Part shown: positions 1 through 8,609 of the stretch, one piece after another
Position numbering within the stretch: the stretch's first letter is position 1
Layout: every line of letters starts with the position of its first letter
DNA from: Candidatus Sumerlaeia bacterium
GTDB lineage: Bacteria > Sumerlaeota > Sumerlaeia > SLMS01
Assembly (NCBI GenBank): GCA_038208905.1
Contig: JBBQYG010000024.1
Span: 1 to 34,850 of the forward strand
Length of the DNA stretch: 34,850 nucleotides
Reading direction: 5' to 3'
Notes under the pieces: generated by a model
The model's database searches: none
What the model was told of the DNA's origin: nothing
Seen by the model: the letters and a program-made list of their open reading frames with translations, nothing else
Translations under genes and position numbers: made by a program

Positions 1-90
1 ACACCGCGCTCGGACTTTGCGCGCCTCATCCCGGCGAGAGGGGAGTCCTTCGCGCACTGCCCGCCACCGCCGCCCTGGTTCCGCCCGGCG

Positions 91-680
91 GTAAGCGTCC
101 CGACACACCCATGGTGGAGGATCTTGCGTGGTTATGCGACCGAAGCCGGGGGGGCGGGTTGGTCAGGCGGGGTTGTTGATCTTCCAGTTGTCGGGCAGCA
201 GTTCTTCGAGGCGGTTGATAGGGTGGGACGGCAGGCGGCGCAGCAGGTCGGTGGCGTAGTCCCACAGGTTCAGGTCGGCGCGGCGGGCGGATTCGACGAG
301 GGTGAAGAAGGTGGCGGCGGCGTGGCCTCCGCGTTCGCTGCCGGCGAAGAGCCAGTTCTTGCGGCCCAGCGCGACGGGGCGGATGGAGCGCTCGACGGCG
401 TTGTTGTCGATCGGCAGGCGGCCGTCGGTTGTATAGACGGTGAGCCGCGGCCAGTTGTCGAGCGTGTAGCCGATCGCCTTGCCGAGCGGCGATTTGGGCA
501 CGACGGCGAGCTGTGCGTCCATCCACGCGCGGAGTTTCGCGAGCACGGGGAGGCTCTTGTCCTGGCGCAGCGCGGTAAGCGCGGCGGCGTCGAGCTTCGC
601 TTCCCGCGCGGTCTTCTCCACGGCATAGAGCTCGCGGATGACCGCGATGGCTTCCCCGGCGCGCGGGTCGCCGCCCTCGG
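91..680 (-). mobile_element. IS66-family element, 3' (right-end) fragment
   Basis: Begins GTAAGCGTCC at 91, the typical IS66 terminus. Contains the transposase C-terminus and stops abruptly at ~680, where the RAYT-type inverted repeat begins. Confidence 0.85.
163..680 (-). pseudogene. tnpC: IS66 transposase (TnpC) C-terminal fragment
   Basis: Motifs [54 protein letters not shown]. The frame continues upstream of 621 ([21 protein letters not shown]) to ~680; the N-terminal part is missing. Confidence 0.9.
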
Positions 681-749
681 GGAAAACCGGGGACAGGAAC
701 CGTTTTTCCTCGCTCGGCTCCGCCGTCCGTTGCTGATCGCACTCGGTTC

Positions 750-1400
750 ATGGCTCGGCTCGCTCGCTTTGTCCTGCCGGGGTTGCCTTGTCAGGTCACG
801 CATCGTGGCAACCGCCGACGGCCCCTGTTTGTAGTCGCGCGGGACCGCATTGTCTCTCGCGAATTGTTGGCGGAGTACGCGGCGACAGGAACTCCTAAAG
901 CTCCGCAGGGGGTTCGCAAGCCTGCTCAGCCGGGAGGACTCTGATGGGGCCGTTGTCCCCTGCCCGCTTTAGCGGGCAATCACCTGCCTCCGGCTTCAGC
1001 CGGAGGGTCGCTTGCCATGATGTTCCCAGCGCGCTTCAGCGTGCTTCTCCTCGGGCTTTAGCCGCGTTCTTCGCATCGACTGTGGCGCGGTCGGCGATGT
1101 CGAAGCGATTGGCTGAAGCCGTGCGCAAGCACGCTGAAGCGCGCTTGGAATGAGTGCATTCGGGCCCCTCCGGCTGAAGCCGGAGGCTAGTAGATGCCCG
1201 CTGAAGCGGGCAGTGGATTGTTGGCGCGCCGGGGGGGCGTGGGAGCGTTGGCTGGCGCTGCCGCCGGGCGAGGAGGCGGAGTTGGCCCTGCGCCGCGCGA
1301 CCAGCAGGAGGGCGCCCCTGCGGATCGGCGGAGTGGCTGCGCGGGCTGGAGCAGCACGCAGGCCGCCGCCCCGCCGCGCTCCCCGTCGGCGGGCCGCGCA
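750..1400 (+). pseudogene. REP-associated tyrosine transposase remnant
   Basis: N-terminus MARLARFVLPGLPCQVTHRGNRRRPLF matches the RAYT start (HxTxRGNxR-like). A frameshifted C-terminal piece at ~1215-1400 (WERWL..EEAELALRRATS../CGSAEWLRGLEQHAGRR) follows. The central HUH region is absent. Confidence 0.7.
960..1213. repeat. Nested REP-like palindrome (REPIN/MITE-like) of GCTT(C/T)AGC / GCTGAAGC hairpin units
   Basis: Mirror pairs: 960-978/1195-1213 (1 mismatch), 986-1007/1166-1187 (perfect), ~1028-1046/1127-1145, 1054-1063/1111-1120. Confidence 0.85.
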
Positions 1401-1553
1401 CCAGCATGGCGAAGTCCGGAGGGCGGATATGTTCAGCGAAGGAGAGAAATAGGTTCCTGTCCCCGGTTGTGGACGGTTTGGTCAGGAATGTCCCTAGCGG
1501 CGCGGCGAACTTTCCAGTTCACACACTCCGCCCGGCCAATCCACGCTTTTCCC

Positions 1554-2429
1554 ATGCTCCACCCGCCGCTGACCATCGTTGTCCCCATCTTCAACGAGAT
1601 CGGCGCGCTCCCCCGGGCGGTAGGGCGGTTGGGGGCGTTGTTGGCGCAGCTGCCGGAGGGGTCGGAGTTGTTGCTGGTGGACGATGGCTCCACCGACGGG
1701 TCCGGGGAGTTTCTGGCGGGGCTGGCGGAAGTGCCGGGGCGGCGGGTGCTGAGGCACGCGCGGAACCGGGGCTATGGGGCGGCGTTGAAGACGGGCGTGC
1801 GGGCGGCGGGGAATCCGGTGGTGGCAATTACCGATGCCGATGGGACGTATCCCCTGGGGAGAATACCGGAACTGGCCCAAGCGATGACGCGCGAGGACGC
1901 CGCGATGGCGGTGGGGGCGCGTCCGATGCGTCAGGTGGCGGCGATCCGGCGTCCGGCGAAGACGGCGCTCCGGTGGTTGGCGGAATACCTGACCGGCCAG
2001 CCGATTCCCGACCTAAACAGTGGGCTGAGAGTCTTTCGGCGGGAGGATGCGCTGCGGCTCGTGCGGCTGCTCCCCGACGGGTTTAGCTTCACCACCACGA
2101 TCACGATGGCGCTGATGACAGAGGGCGAGCGGGTTGTCTTCCTCCCGATCACCTACAGGACGCGGACGGGGACTTCCAAGATTCGGCCAATCCGCGACAC
2201 GGCGGGGTTTGCGATGCTGATCCTGCGCACGACGCTGGCGTTCCACCCGATGAAGGTATTTGGTCCGGTGGGATTCGGGTTGATGGGGTTGGGCGCCCTG
2301 CTGCTGCTGCTGAGGATGGTGCTGGACAAACCCTTCGGCCTTGCCACTACGATCACCCTTCTGGTGGGCGGGTTCCAGATTCTGGCGCTGGGCTTGCTGG
2401 CTGATCTGGTTAATCGCCGAGGGACATGA
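1554..2429 (+). CDS. Family 2 glycosyltransferase (DPM synthase-like) with two C-terminal TM helices
   Basis: IVVPIFNE, VDDGSTDGS, NRGYGAALKTG, DADG, DLNSGLRVFRR. Start placed at ATG 1554. Confidence 0.93.
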   Translation: MLHPPLTIVVPIFNEIGALPRAVGRLGALLAQLPEGSELLLVDDGSTDGSGEFLAGLAEVPGRRVLRHARNRGYGAALKTGVRAAGNPVVAITDADGTYPLGRIPELAQAMTREDAAMAVGARPMRQVAAIRRPAKTALRWLAEYLTGQPIPDLNSGLRVFRREDALRLVRLLPDGFSFTTTITMALMTEGERVVFLPITYRTRTGTSKIRPIRDTAGFAMLILRTTLAFHPMKVFGPVGFGLMGLGALLLLLRMVLDKPFGLATTITLLVGGFQILALGLLADLVNRRGT

Positions 2430-2488
2430 GGCGGGGGCATCCATGTGCCACACCCCATGCCACAACTGACCCGTAGGGAAACGATCCA

Positions 2489-3907
2489 ATGAACCAGCCT
2501 GATTCGCAGCAGGGACCGCCCGAGCAGACCCCGCCTCCCCCGCCCCAGGGCTATTCCGCCGCGCCGGGCGCCATCGAGGGCGAGCAACCCGCTCCTCCCC
2601 CGCCGTCCCAGCAGCCGCCGGTGGCCCCCGGACCGCCTCCGCCCACGTGGGGCGCGCGGCCGGCCGCCGGATTTGGCGCGCCCGGCGCGAATCCACCCCC
2701 GCCGCAGTACCGTCCACAGCCCCCACAGGCCGCCGCCCCGCGTCCGGTTTATCCGCCGACGCAGCAGCCGCCCCCCCCGTCCGGCTCTGCCGCGGCGCCG
2801 CCCCCCGGTTATGCTCCGCCCCCGCAGCAGCCCCCGTATGGCTACCGCCCCCAGCCCGCCCCGGGCTACGGTGGGTATCCACCCCCCGCGCCGCGCGGGC
2901 GCAGCCGGGCGCTTCCCATTGTGATCGGACTCGTCATTTTCTTGTTCCTGCTCGTCGGCGGCGCCGTCACGCTCGTCGCCAGCATGTCTGGCGGTAGTGG
3001 CACAACCACGGGCGGCGGGGGCTTTGGGCTTGGAGTGCTGGGAAGCCGCATCGGCATCCTCGAGATCGAGGGCGTCATCGGCGAGGGTGCCGGCTATGGA
3101 GCCAACACCGCCCTGCTGGTTCAGCAGGTGAAAACTTGGACCAAGAATTCGAGCATCAAGGCCATCGTCATCCGCGTGAACTCGCCCGGCGGCGCCGTCA
3201 GCGCGACCCAGGACCTCTTCGCCGCGCTCAATGACTTCCGCGCCTCGGGAGAGAAAGGCGCCGCGCGCCCCATCATCGTCTCCATGGGCGACATCGCGGC
3301 GAGCGGCGGCTACTATGCCGCCATGGCCGCCGACAAGGTCTTCGCCAACGAGGGCACCCTGACCGGCAGCGTGGGCGTCATCATGAGCTTCTATGACTAC
3401 CAGGGGCTTCAGGACAAGATCGGCGTCCACGGGCGCACCGTGAAGAGCGGCGAGTTCAAGGACATGGGCTCGGGATCGCGCGACATGACGGAGGCGGAGA
3501 AGGCCCTCCTGGACGAGATGGTCGGCGATGTCTATGGCCAGTTCTTCGACGCCGTCGTCGAGGCCCGCGCCGACCGAGTCCGCGAGATCCTCAACCCCAC
3601 CAGCCCGTCCTCTGTTACCATCGAGGAAGTCCGCGCGCATCTGGCCCAATACTGCGACGGTCGCATCTTCAGCGGCCAGCAGGCCCAGCGCTATGGCATG
3701 ATCGACGAACTCGGCACCCTGGACGCGGCCGTGCAGGAAGCCGCCAAGCTCACGGGCCTTTCCGCCACCGACACCCCCACCATCCGCGGCCCCGTCAAGC
3801 CCACTCCCGGCCTTTTCGGGTTGAGCGGCATGATGCAGAGGATGGAGTCGATTCCGGATAAGCTGCACGGCAGCGTGAAGATGGAGTATCGGTTTGCCGG
3901 GTTTTGA
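2489..3907 (+). CDS. sppA: Signal peptide peptidase SppA (S49, 36K type) with long Pro/Gln/Tyr-rich N-terminus
   Basis: IRVNSPGG, SMGDIAASGGYY, TGSVGVI, KSGEFKD, DGRIFSGQQA, G.IDELG; a single TM helix precedes the domain. Confidence 0.93.
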   Translation: MNQPDSQQGPPEQTPPPPPQGYSAAPGAIEGEQPAPPPPSQQPPVAPGPPPPTWGARPAAGFGAPGANPPPPQYRPQPPQAAAPRPVYPPTQQPPPPSGSAAAPPPGYAPPPQQPPYGYRPQPAPGYGGYPPPAPRGRSRALPIVIGLVIFLFLLVGGAVTLVASMSGGSGTTTGGGGFGLGVLGSRIGILEIEGVIGEGAGYGANTALLVQQVKTWTKNSSIKAIVIRVNSPGGAVSATQDLFAALNDFRASGEKGAARPIIVSMGDIAASGGYYAAMAADKVFANEGTLTGSVGVIMSFYDYQGLQDKIGVHGRTVKSGEFKDMGSGSRDMTEAEKALLDEMVGDVYGQFFDAVVEARADRVREILNPTSPSSVTIEEVRAHLAQYCDGRIFSGQQAQRYGMIDELGTLDAAVQEAAKLTGLSATDTPTIRGPVKPTPGLFGLSGMMQRMESIPDKLHGSVKMEYRFAGF

Positions 3908-4011
3908 GACGGCGGAAAACGGCCTCCACAGATTGCATGGATTGTGATTTGGTGGGGCCCCGATTCCTCTGCCAGTGACCACCGCGCCGCCACCCAAGCT
4001 GATTCCTGCCG

Positions 4012-4044
4012 TTCCCATTCCCAGTTCCCCATTCCCGATTCCCC
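4012..4044. repeat. Heptamer tandem repeat (TCCCNRT-type, STRR-like)
   Basis: ttcccat tcccagt tccccat tcccgat tcccc. Confidence 0.75.
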
Positions 4045-4052
4045 GGATCAAA

Positions 4053-5429
4053 ATGCCCTTCTCCGACTTCCCGCTGTCCCCCAAGCTGCTTGCCAGTATC
4101 GCCGACGCTGGTTTCGCCGAGCCGTTGCCGATTCAGGTGCGGGTGGTGCCTGCGTTGCTGGAGGGGCGCGACGTGATCGTGTGTTCCCAGACGGGGTCCG
4201 GGAAGACGGCGGCGTTCCTGATTCCGATTATCGAGGGCCTGCTGACGGCTCCCAAGGCGCGGCGGATTCATCCGCGGGCGTTGGTGCTGGTCCCCACGCG
4301 GGAGCTGGCGGTTCAGGTAAACGGCCACTTTGAGATGCTGGCCGCCCACACGGGTCTGAAGTCCGTGGCGGTCTTTGGCGGTGTGGACCACGGCCCGCAG
4401 GAGCGCGCTCTGCAGGATGGGGTGGCGCTGGTGGTGGCGACTCCGGGGCGCCTGCTGGAGCAGCTCGACCGCGGGGCGATCAAGCTGCGCGATGTGGCGT
4501 TCTTTGTGATCGACGAGGCCGACCGGCTGTTCGACGCGGGGTTCCAGCCGGAAGTCCGCCGTGTGGTGGACGCCGTGCCGGAGCGCCGCCAGACGATGTT
4601 GTTTTCCGCCACGATGCCCGGCGAAATGAGCCGCTTTGCGCACTCCATCGTCACCGAACCGGAGATCGTAAAGCTGGGCCTTGTCGCTCCGCCGTCCCAG
4701 ATCAAGGAATCCTTCTGGCCGGTGCCGGAGCCCCAGAAGCTGGACCTGCTAATGCGGCTGCTGGCGGAGGAGAAGGGGCTGGAGAAGGTGATCGTCTTCG
4801 TGCGCCAACGGGCACGGGCACGGATGCTGGCGCCGGAGTTGGCGCGCCTTACAAACCTGCCAACGGCGGAGTTGCACGCCGATCTGTCTCAAGCCGAGAG
4901 ACTTGACACGATAGGCAAATTCCGCAGCGGTGAAGTCCGACTCCTCGTGGCCACGGATGTCGCCTCGCGCGGCCTCGACATCGAGGAGCTTACCCACGTG
5001 GTGAATGTGGATGTCCCCGATACCCCCGATGACTATGTGCATCGCGTGGGGCGGACGGGGCGCGTGGACCGGAGCGGGGTGGCGATCACGCTGGTGAGCC
5101 CGCGCGAGTTGGCGCTGGCGGCGTCGCTTGAGGAGTTCCTCCGCCGCAAGATCCCGTGGCAGCGACTCGCTGGGTTTCCCTATGCCCCGGAAGAAGAGAC
5201 CGGCGCCGCCAAGCAGCTTATCCCCGGCAAGCGCCGCCGCCGCGCGGCCCAGCCGCTGGACCATCGTGAAACTTCCTCCACCAAGAAGGAGAGCCCCTTC
5301 ACCCGCTCCGGCAAGCTGAAGAAAAAGCACACCGATGCCGACTTCGAGGAGAAGCCCCGCCGCGGCGGTCGCAAGCGCGCGGAAAAGAAGATCAAGGGGA
5401 AGAAACTGCCGCATCAGCGGCGGAAGTAG
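4053..5429 (+). CDS. DEAD-box RNA helicase (RhlE-like) with basic C-terminal tail
   Basis: PLPIQ, QTGSGKT, PTRELAVQ, TPGRL, DEAD, SAT, HRVGRTGR. Start placed at ATG 4053. Confidence 0.96.
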   Translation: MPFSDFPLSPKLLASIADAGFAEPLPIQVRVVPALLEGRDVIVCSQTGSGKTAAFLIPIIEGLLTAPKARRIHPRALVLVPTRELAVQVNGHFEMLAAHTGLKSVAVFGGVDHGPQERALQDGVALVVATPGRLLEQLDRGAIKLRDVAFFVIDEADRLFDAGFQPEVRRVVDAVPERRQTMLFSATMPGEMSRFAHSIVTEPEIVKLGLVAPPSQIKESFWPVPEPQKLDLLMRLLAEEKGLEKVIVFVRQRARARMLAPELARLTNLPTAELHADLSQAERLDTIGKFRSGEVRLLVATDVASRGLDIEELTHVVNVDVPDTPDDYVHRVGRTGRVDRSGVAITLVSPRELALAASLEEFLRRKIPWQRLAGFPYAPEEETGAAKQLIPGKRRRRAAQPLDHRETSSTKKESPFTRSGKLKKKHTDADFEEKPRRGGRKRAEKKIKGKKLPHQRRK

Positions 5430-5511
5430 GGGATGGAACGGGGAATGGGAGAACACGCTAACTTTGGCAGGGGCTGGGTGGTCTGTTGGGGGGCTTGGCT
5501 TGACCCCCATA

Positions 5512-5581
5512 GTGGCATGGGCATCCTGCCCATGCCCGGTTGGCTAGGCTTGAAACTGCACGGGCAACATGCCCGTGCTAT
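5512..5581. repeat. Inverted REP doublet
   Basis: gtggcatgggcatcctgcccatg (5512-5534) and cacgggcaacatgcccgtgctat (5559-5581); same family as 6554-6643. Confidence 0.75.
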
Positions 5582-5605
5582 CGCGACAAACGAAAGGCAT
5601 CATCC

Positions 5606-6376
5606 ATGAGCAGCAAGATCTTCACTCGCATCGCCGCCTTCCTGCTGGCGCTGGCAATCCTGCCCGCCACACTTTCGGCCCAGGCCTTTGACAAGGGGCC
5701 GGAGCTGGACAAGTCCAAGGAGTACTATGCCCTGATCGTCACCTCGATGGGGAACGTCGCGCTGAAGCTCTATGCGGAGGAGGCGCCAATCACCGTGCGC
5801 AACTTCGTCAATCTGGCCGAGGGCACCGCCTCGTTCAAGGATCCCAAGACCAGCGAGACGACCAAGCGCCCCTACTTCAACGGCGTGCTCTTTCACCGCG
5901 TCATTGGTGGGTTCATGGTCCAGACCGGCGACCCGATGGGCACCGGCCAGGGCGGCCCCGGCTTCACCATTCAGGACGAGTTCCGCCCAGCGTTGACCTT
6001 CGCAGAGCCGGGCGTCCTGGCCATGGCCAATACGGGGCGCCCCAGCTCCGGCGGCAGCCAGTTCTTCATCACCGACGTCCCCACGCCCCACCTGAACCAG
6101 AAGCACACCATCTTTGGCAAGATCGTCGATGGCACCGACGGCCTTGCAATTGTCAAGAAGATCACCGCCGCGCCCCAGGGCGCCAATAACCGCCCGATGA
6201 AGGACATCCGCATGGAGCGCGTTCAGATCTTCCGCCTTGAGAAGGGCCTGCCCGCCAGCGACGCCGCCGCGCGGATCCTTGGCGGAGCCGCCGCCACTCC
6301 GGAGCCGACCAAGCCCGCCGAGCCGGAAGCCGCCGCCGAGCCGACGACGGCCGCCCCCACGACAGCCGCTCCTTAA
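5606..6376 (+). CDS. Exported cyclophilin-type peptidyl-prolyl isomerase
   Basis: Signal peptide; APITVRNF, FHRVI..FMVQTGDP.GTG.GGPG, LAMAN, GSQFFIT, HLNQKHTIFG. Confidence 0.96.
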   Translation: MSSKIFTRIAAFLLALAILPATLSAQAFDKGPELDKSKEYYALIVTSMGNVALKLYAEEAPITVRNFVNLAEGTASFKDPKTSETTKRPYFNGVLFHRVIGGFMVQTGDPMGTGQGGPGFTIQDEFRPALTFAEPGVLAMANTGRPSSGGSQFFITDVPTPHLNQKHTIFGKIVDGTDGLAIVKKITAAPQGANNRPMKDIRMERVQIFRLEKGLPASDAAARILGGAAATPEPTKPAEPEAAAEPTTAAPTTAAP

Positions 6377-6400
6377 GGCTGGTCCGGTTTCGTGAGAATT

Positions 6401-6442
6401 CCCCGGGTGGTCGATTTTCTCGCCGCCCGGGGCTTTTTTTTT
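6401..6442 (+). terminator. Intrinsic terminator after cyclophilin
   Basis: ccccgggtgg...ccgcccgggg stem followed by a run of 9 T. Confidence 0.8.
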
Positions 6443-6553
6443 GCCTCCGGCCTTGATAAGCAACCGGAGGCGTTCCATACTTGCCCATCATGCCGAGGTT
6501 TGAGCCCCCAACGGTGACCAGAGTGACTTCCGAAAATCCCGTCGCATTCCAGG

Positions 6554-6643
6554 GTAGCGTGGGCATCTTGCCCGCGCACCTTTGGCAACTCGGGTTCCGC
6601 GTGGCCGCGTCTTGCTGCGGCGCGGGCGAGACGCCCACGCTAC
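6554..6643. repeat. Inverted GTAG-type REP doublet
   Basis: GTAGcgtgggcatcttgcccgcg (6554-6576) ... cgcgggcgagacgcccacgCTAC (6621-6643). Confidence 0.85.
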
Positions 6644-6695
6644 TCTTTTACGGCGTTCACTCTCCCGATTTGGATTTCGAGGGGTGTTCTCCCCG

Positions 6696-8609
6696 ATGAA
6701 GTTCCTCCCCCGCCTCTTCCGATCCGCCGCGATGGCTCTGCTGATGGCAGCGGCGTCGATGGCGCTTGCCCAGGAGACGATCACCGTCACCACGCTGACG
6801 GGTGTTTCGGCCAAGGGGACGGTGGTTTCGGAGTCCAAGGACCACATCGAGATCAACTCGGCGCAGTTCGGCGCGCTGCGGTTTATGAAGCGCGACCTCA
6901 AGAATCTCGCCCGCGAGTCGGGCGCTGCCTCGAATCCGGGATTTTCACCGGACTCGGGCGGGGGCGCTTCGCCATTCGGCGGGGCAGTGGCGAATCCCTT
7001 TGGTGGTCCCTCGACCGGCGGTGGCGCGGCTCCGAATCCGTTCGGTTCAGCGGCTGCCGCGGTGGCGCCGATCAAGAAGGGCTTTGGCGGATACGGGGTG
7101 CCCGTGCGTCCCGCCGGTCTACCGATCAATGCGGGATCTGCCTTCCAGCCCGGTCCCGCGGAGCCCAACCCATTTGCTCCGGGTGGAGGGGCAGGCCCCG
7201 ATCCGTTTGGCGGAGGCGCGGCGCCCCCGCCCGGTGGTCCCAATCCGTTCGGAGCCCCGCCCTCCGGCGGCGCGCCCGCCGGGCCGGACCCGTTCGCTCC
7301 GCCACCTGCCGGCGCGCCCACTCCGGCGCCTCCCGCTGGCGGCGGCGTGAATCCCTTTGGCTTTCGCAGCGACCCCAACCCCGACAAAGACCGCGTGACC
7401 CTGGCCGGCGCCCCAACGTGGGCGCCGCGCGAGTTCCATGGCAATCCCCACGATGCCGGGCTGCCGCTTGGCGATGGAGAGCCGCGCGCCACCGCGCAGG
7501 AACCGCCGACCATCCGCCCCGTGCTCGCCGTGCCCAAGCTGGCTCCACGCACGGACCTTCCCGCGGTGAGGGCGGGCTTCGACGCCGTGCTCTTTGGCAT
7601 GACCGCCGAGCAGCCCGTCGAAATCAAGTCCACCGACGCCGACTGGGCGCCCGCGGGAGCGGATTCGCAGCTCCGCACGGGCAGCGAAGTCCGCACCAAC
7701 GAGACACGCACCTCGCGCCTGGTGCTGCGCGGGAAGAAGGACGTCATCCGGCTTCCCGAACAGAGCCACATCCAGATCGAGAAGATGACCGACGACAGCG
7801 AAGAGGTGGTGATCAACCTGAAGCGCGGAAGCGTCTATACAGAAGTCACTACGCGAGACAAGCCGGACGCCTTTCAGATTCGCACGCCGGAACTGACCGC
7901 CGGAGTCCGCGGCACGCGCTTCCGCGTGGATGCGACCGAGGGCGCCTCCGCGGTGAGCGTGTTCGAGGGCGTTGTCCACGTGACCGCCACCGCCACGGGG
8001 GCCTATGTGACGCTGAAGGCAAACGAGAAGGCCGTGGTGAGCCTGGACGGCCAGATCATGGACCTGCTGGCGGTGCCGGTGGACGAGCAGGAAATCTCCG
8101 CGAAGTGGGACCAGTGGGCGGCGGAGACCACCGGCGGCGGGGGCCTGGTTGGCGTCGGGCCCGTTGGCGCCCTGAGCCAGCGCATCGCCGAGGACAACGC
8201 CCAGTGGGAAGCAACCATGCAGGAGCACATGCGCAACGTGGCCGAGTCACGCTATCAGGATAAGCTGGACGAATACGCCGCCGCGTTCATGCGCTATGCC
8301 GCGGAGACGGGCTCGATCCCGACCGACGCCGAAGGCTGGAGCGTCCTCAAGTTCGACCCCGGCAAGCCCGGCTGGAGCGGCCCCTATGTGGAAGGCGCGA
8401 TCCCGCCGCTGGATCCGTTCAAGCGCCCGCTCAAATACGTCCTGACCAAGAATCCCGCGGGCCGCGTGTTTGGCCGCGTGTATAGCATGTGGGAGGACGG
8501 CCGGGACCAAGGGGGCGTGAATGCGACGTCTGACCGCGTGTCGCTGGTGAAGTACTTCGAGCTGGAGCGCTTCCGCGACGATCCCGCGGTGAATCCCCCG
8601 GCGCCGTGA
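6696..8609 (+). CDS. Secreted protein: NPF/DPF-repeat low-complexity region, FecR domain, C-terminal GspG(T2SSG)-like domain
   Basis: Signal peptide ending ALA|QE; FecR motif FQIRTPELTAGVRGTRFRV...VSVFEGVV; GspG-like Y..ETG.IPT..EG...L...PG..W.GPY....P.DP...YS...DG..GG. Confidence 0.8.
   Translation: MKFLPRLFRSAAMALLMAAASMALAQETITVTTLTGVSAKGTVVSESKDHIEINSAQFGALRFMKRDLKNLARESGAASNPGFSPDSGGGASPFGGAVANPFGGPSTGGGAAPNPFGSAAAAVAPIKKGFGGYGVPVRPAGLPINAGSAFQPGPAEPNPFAPGGGAGPDPFGGGAAPPPGGPNPFGAPPSGGAPAGPDPFAPPPAGAPTPAPPAGGGVNPFGFRSDPNPDKDRVTLAGAPTWAPREFHGNPHDAGLPLGDGEPRATAQEPPTIRPVLAVPKLAPRTDLPAVRAGFDAVLFGMTAEQPVEIKSTDADWAPAGADSQLRTGSEVRTNETRTSRLVLRGKKDVIRLPEQSHIQIEKMTDDSEEVVINLKRGSVYTEVTTRDKPDAFQIRTPELTAGVRGTRFRVDATEGASAVSVFEGVVHVTATATGAYVTLKANEKAVVSLDGQIMDLLAVPVDEQEISAKWDQWAAETTGGGGLVGVGPVGALSQRIAEDNAQWEATMQEHMRNVAESRYQDKLDEYAAAFMRYAAETGSIPTDAEGWSVLKFDPGKPGWSGPYVEGAIPPLDPFKRPLKYVLTKNPAGRVFGRVYSMWEDGRDQGGVNATSDRVSLVKYFELERFRDDPAVNPPAP

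Larger units (their letters stand above)
685..1468. mobile_element. Decayed RAYT/Y1-transposase element bounded by 17-bp perfect inverted repeats
   Basis: AACCGGGGACAGGAACC at 685-701 and its reverse complement at 1452-1468 enclose RAYT-like N- and C-terminal coding remnants. Confidence 0.7.
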
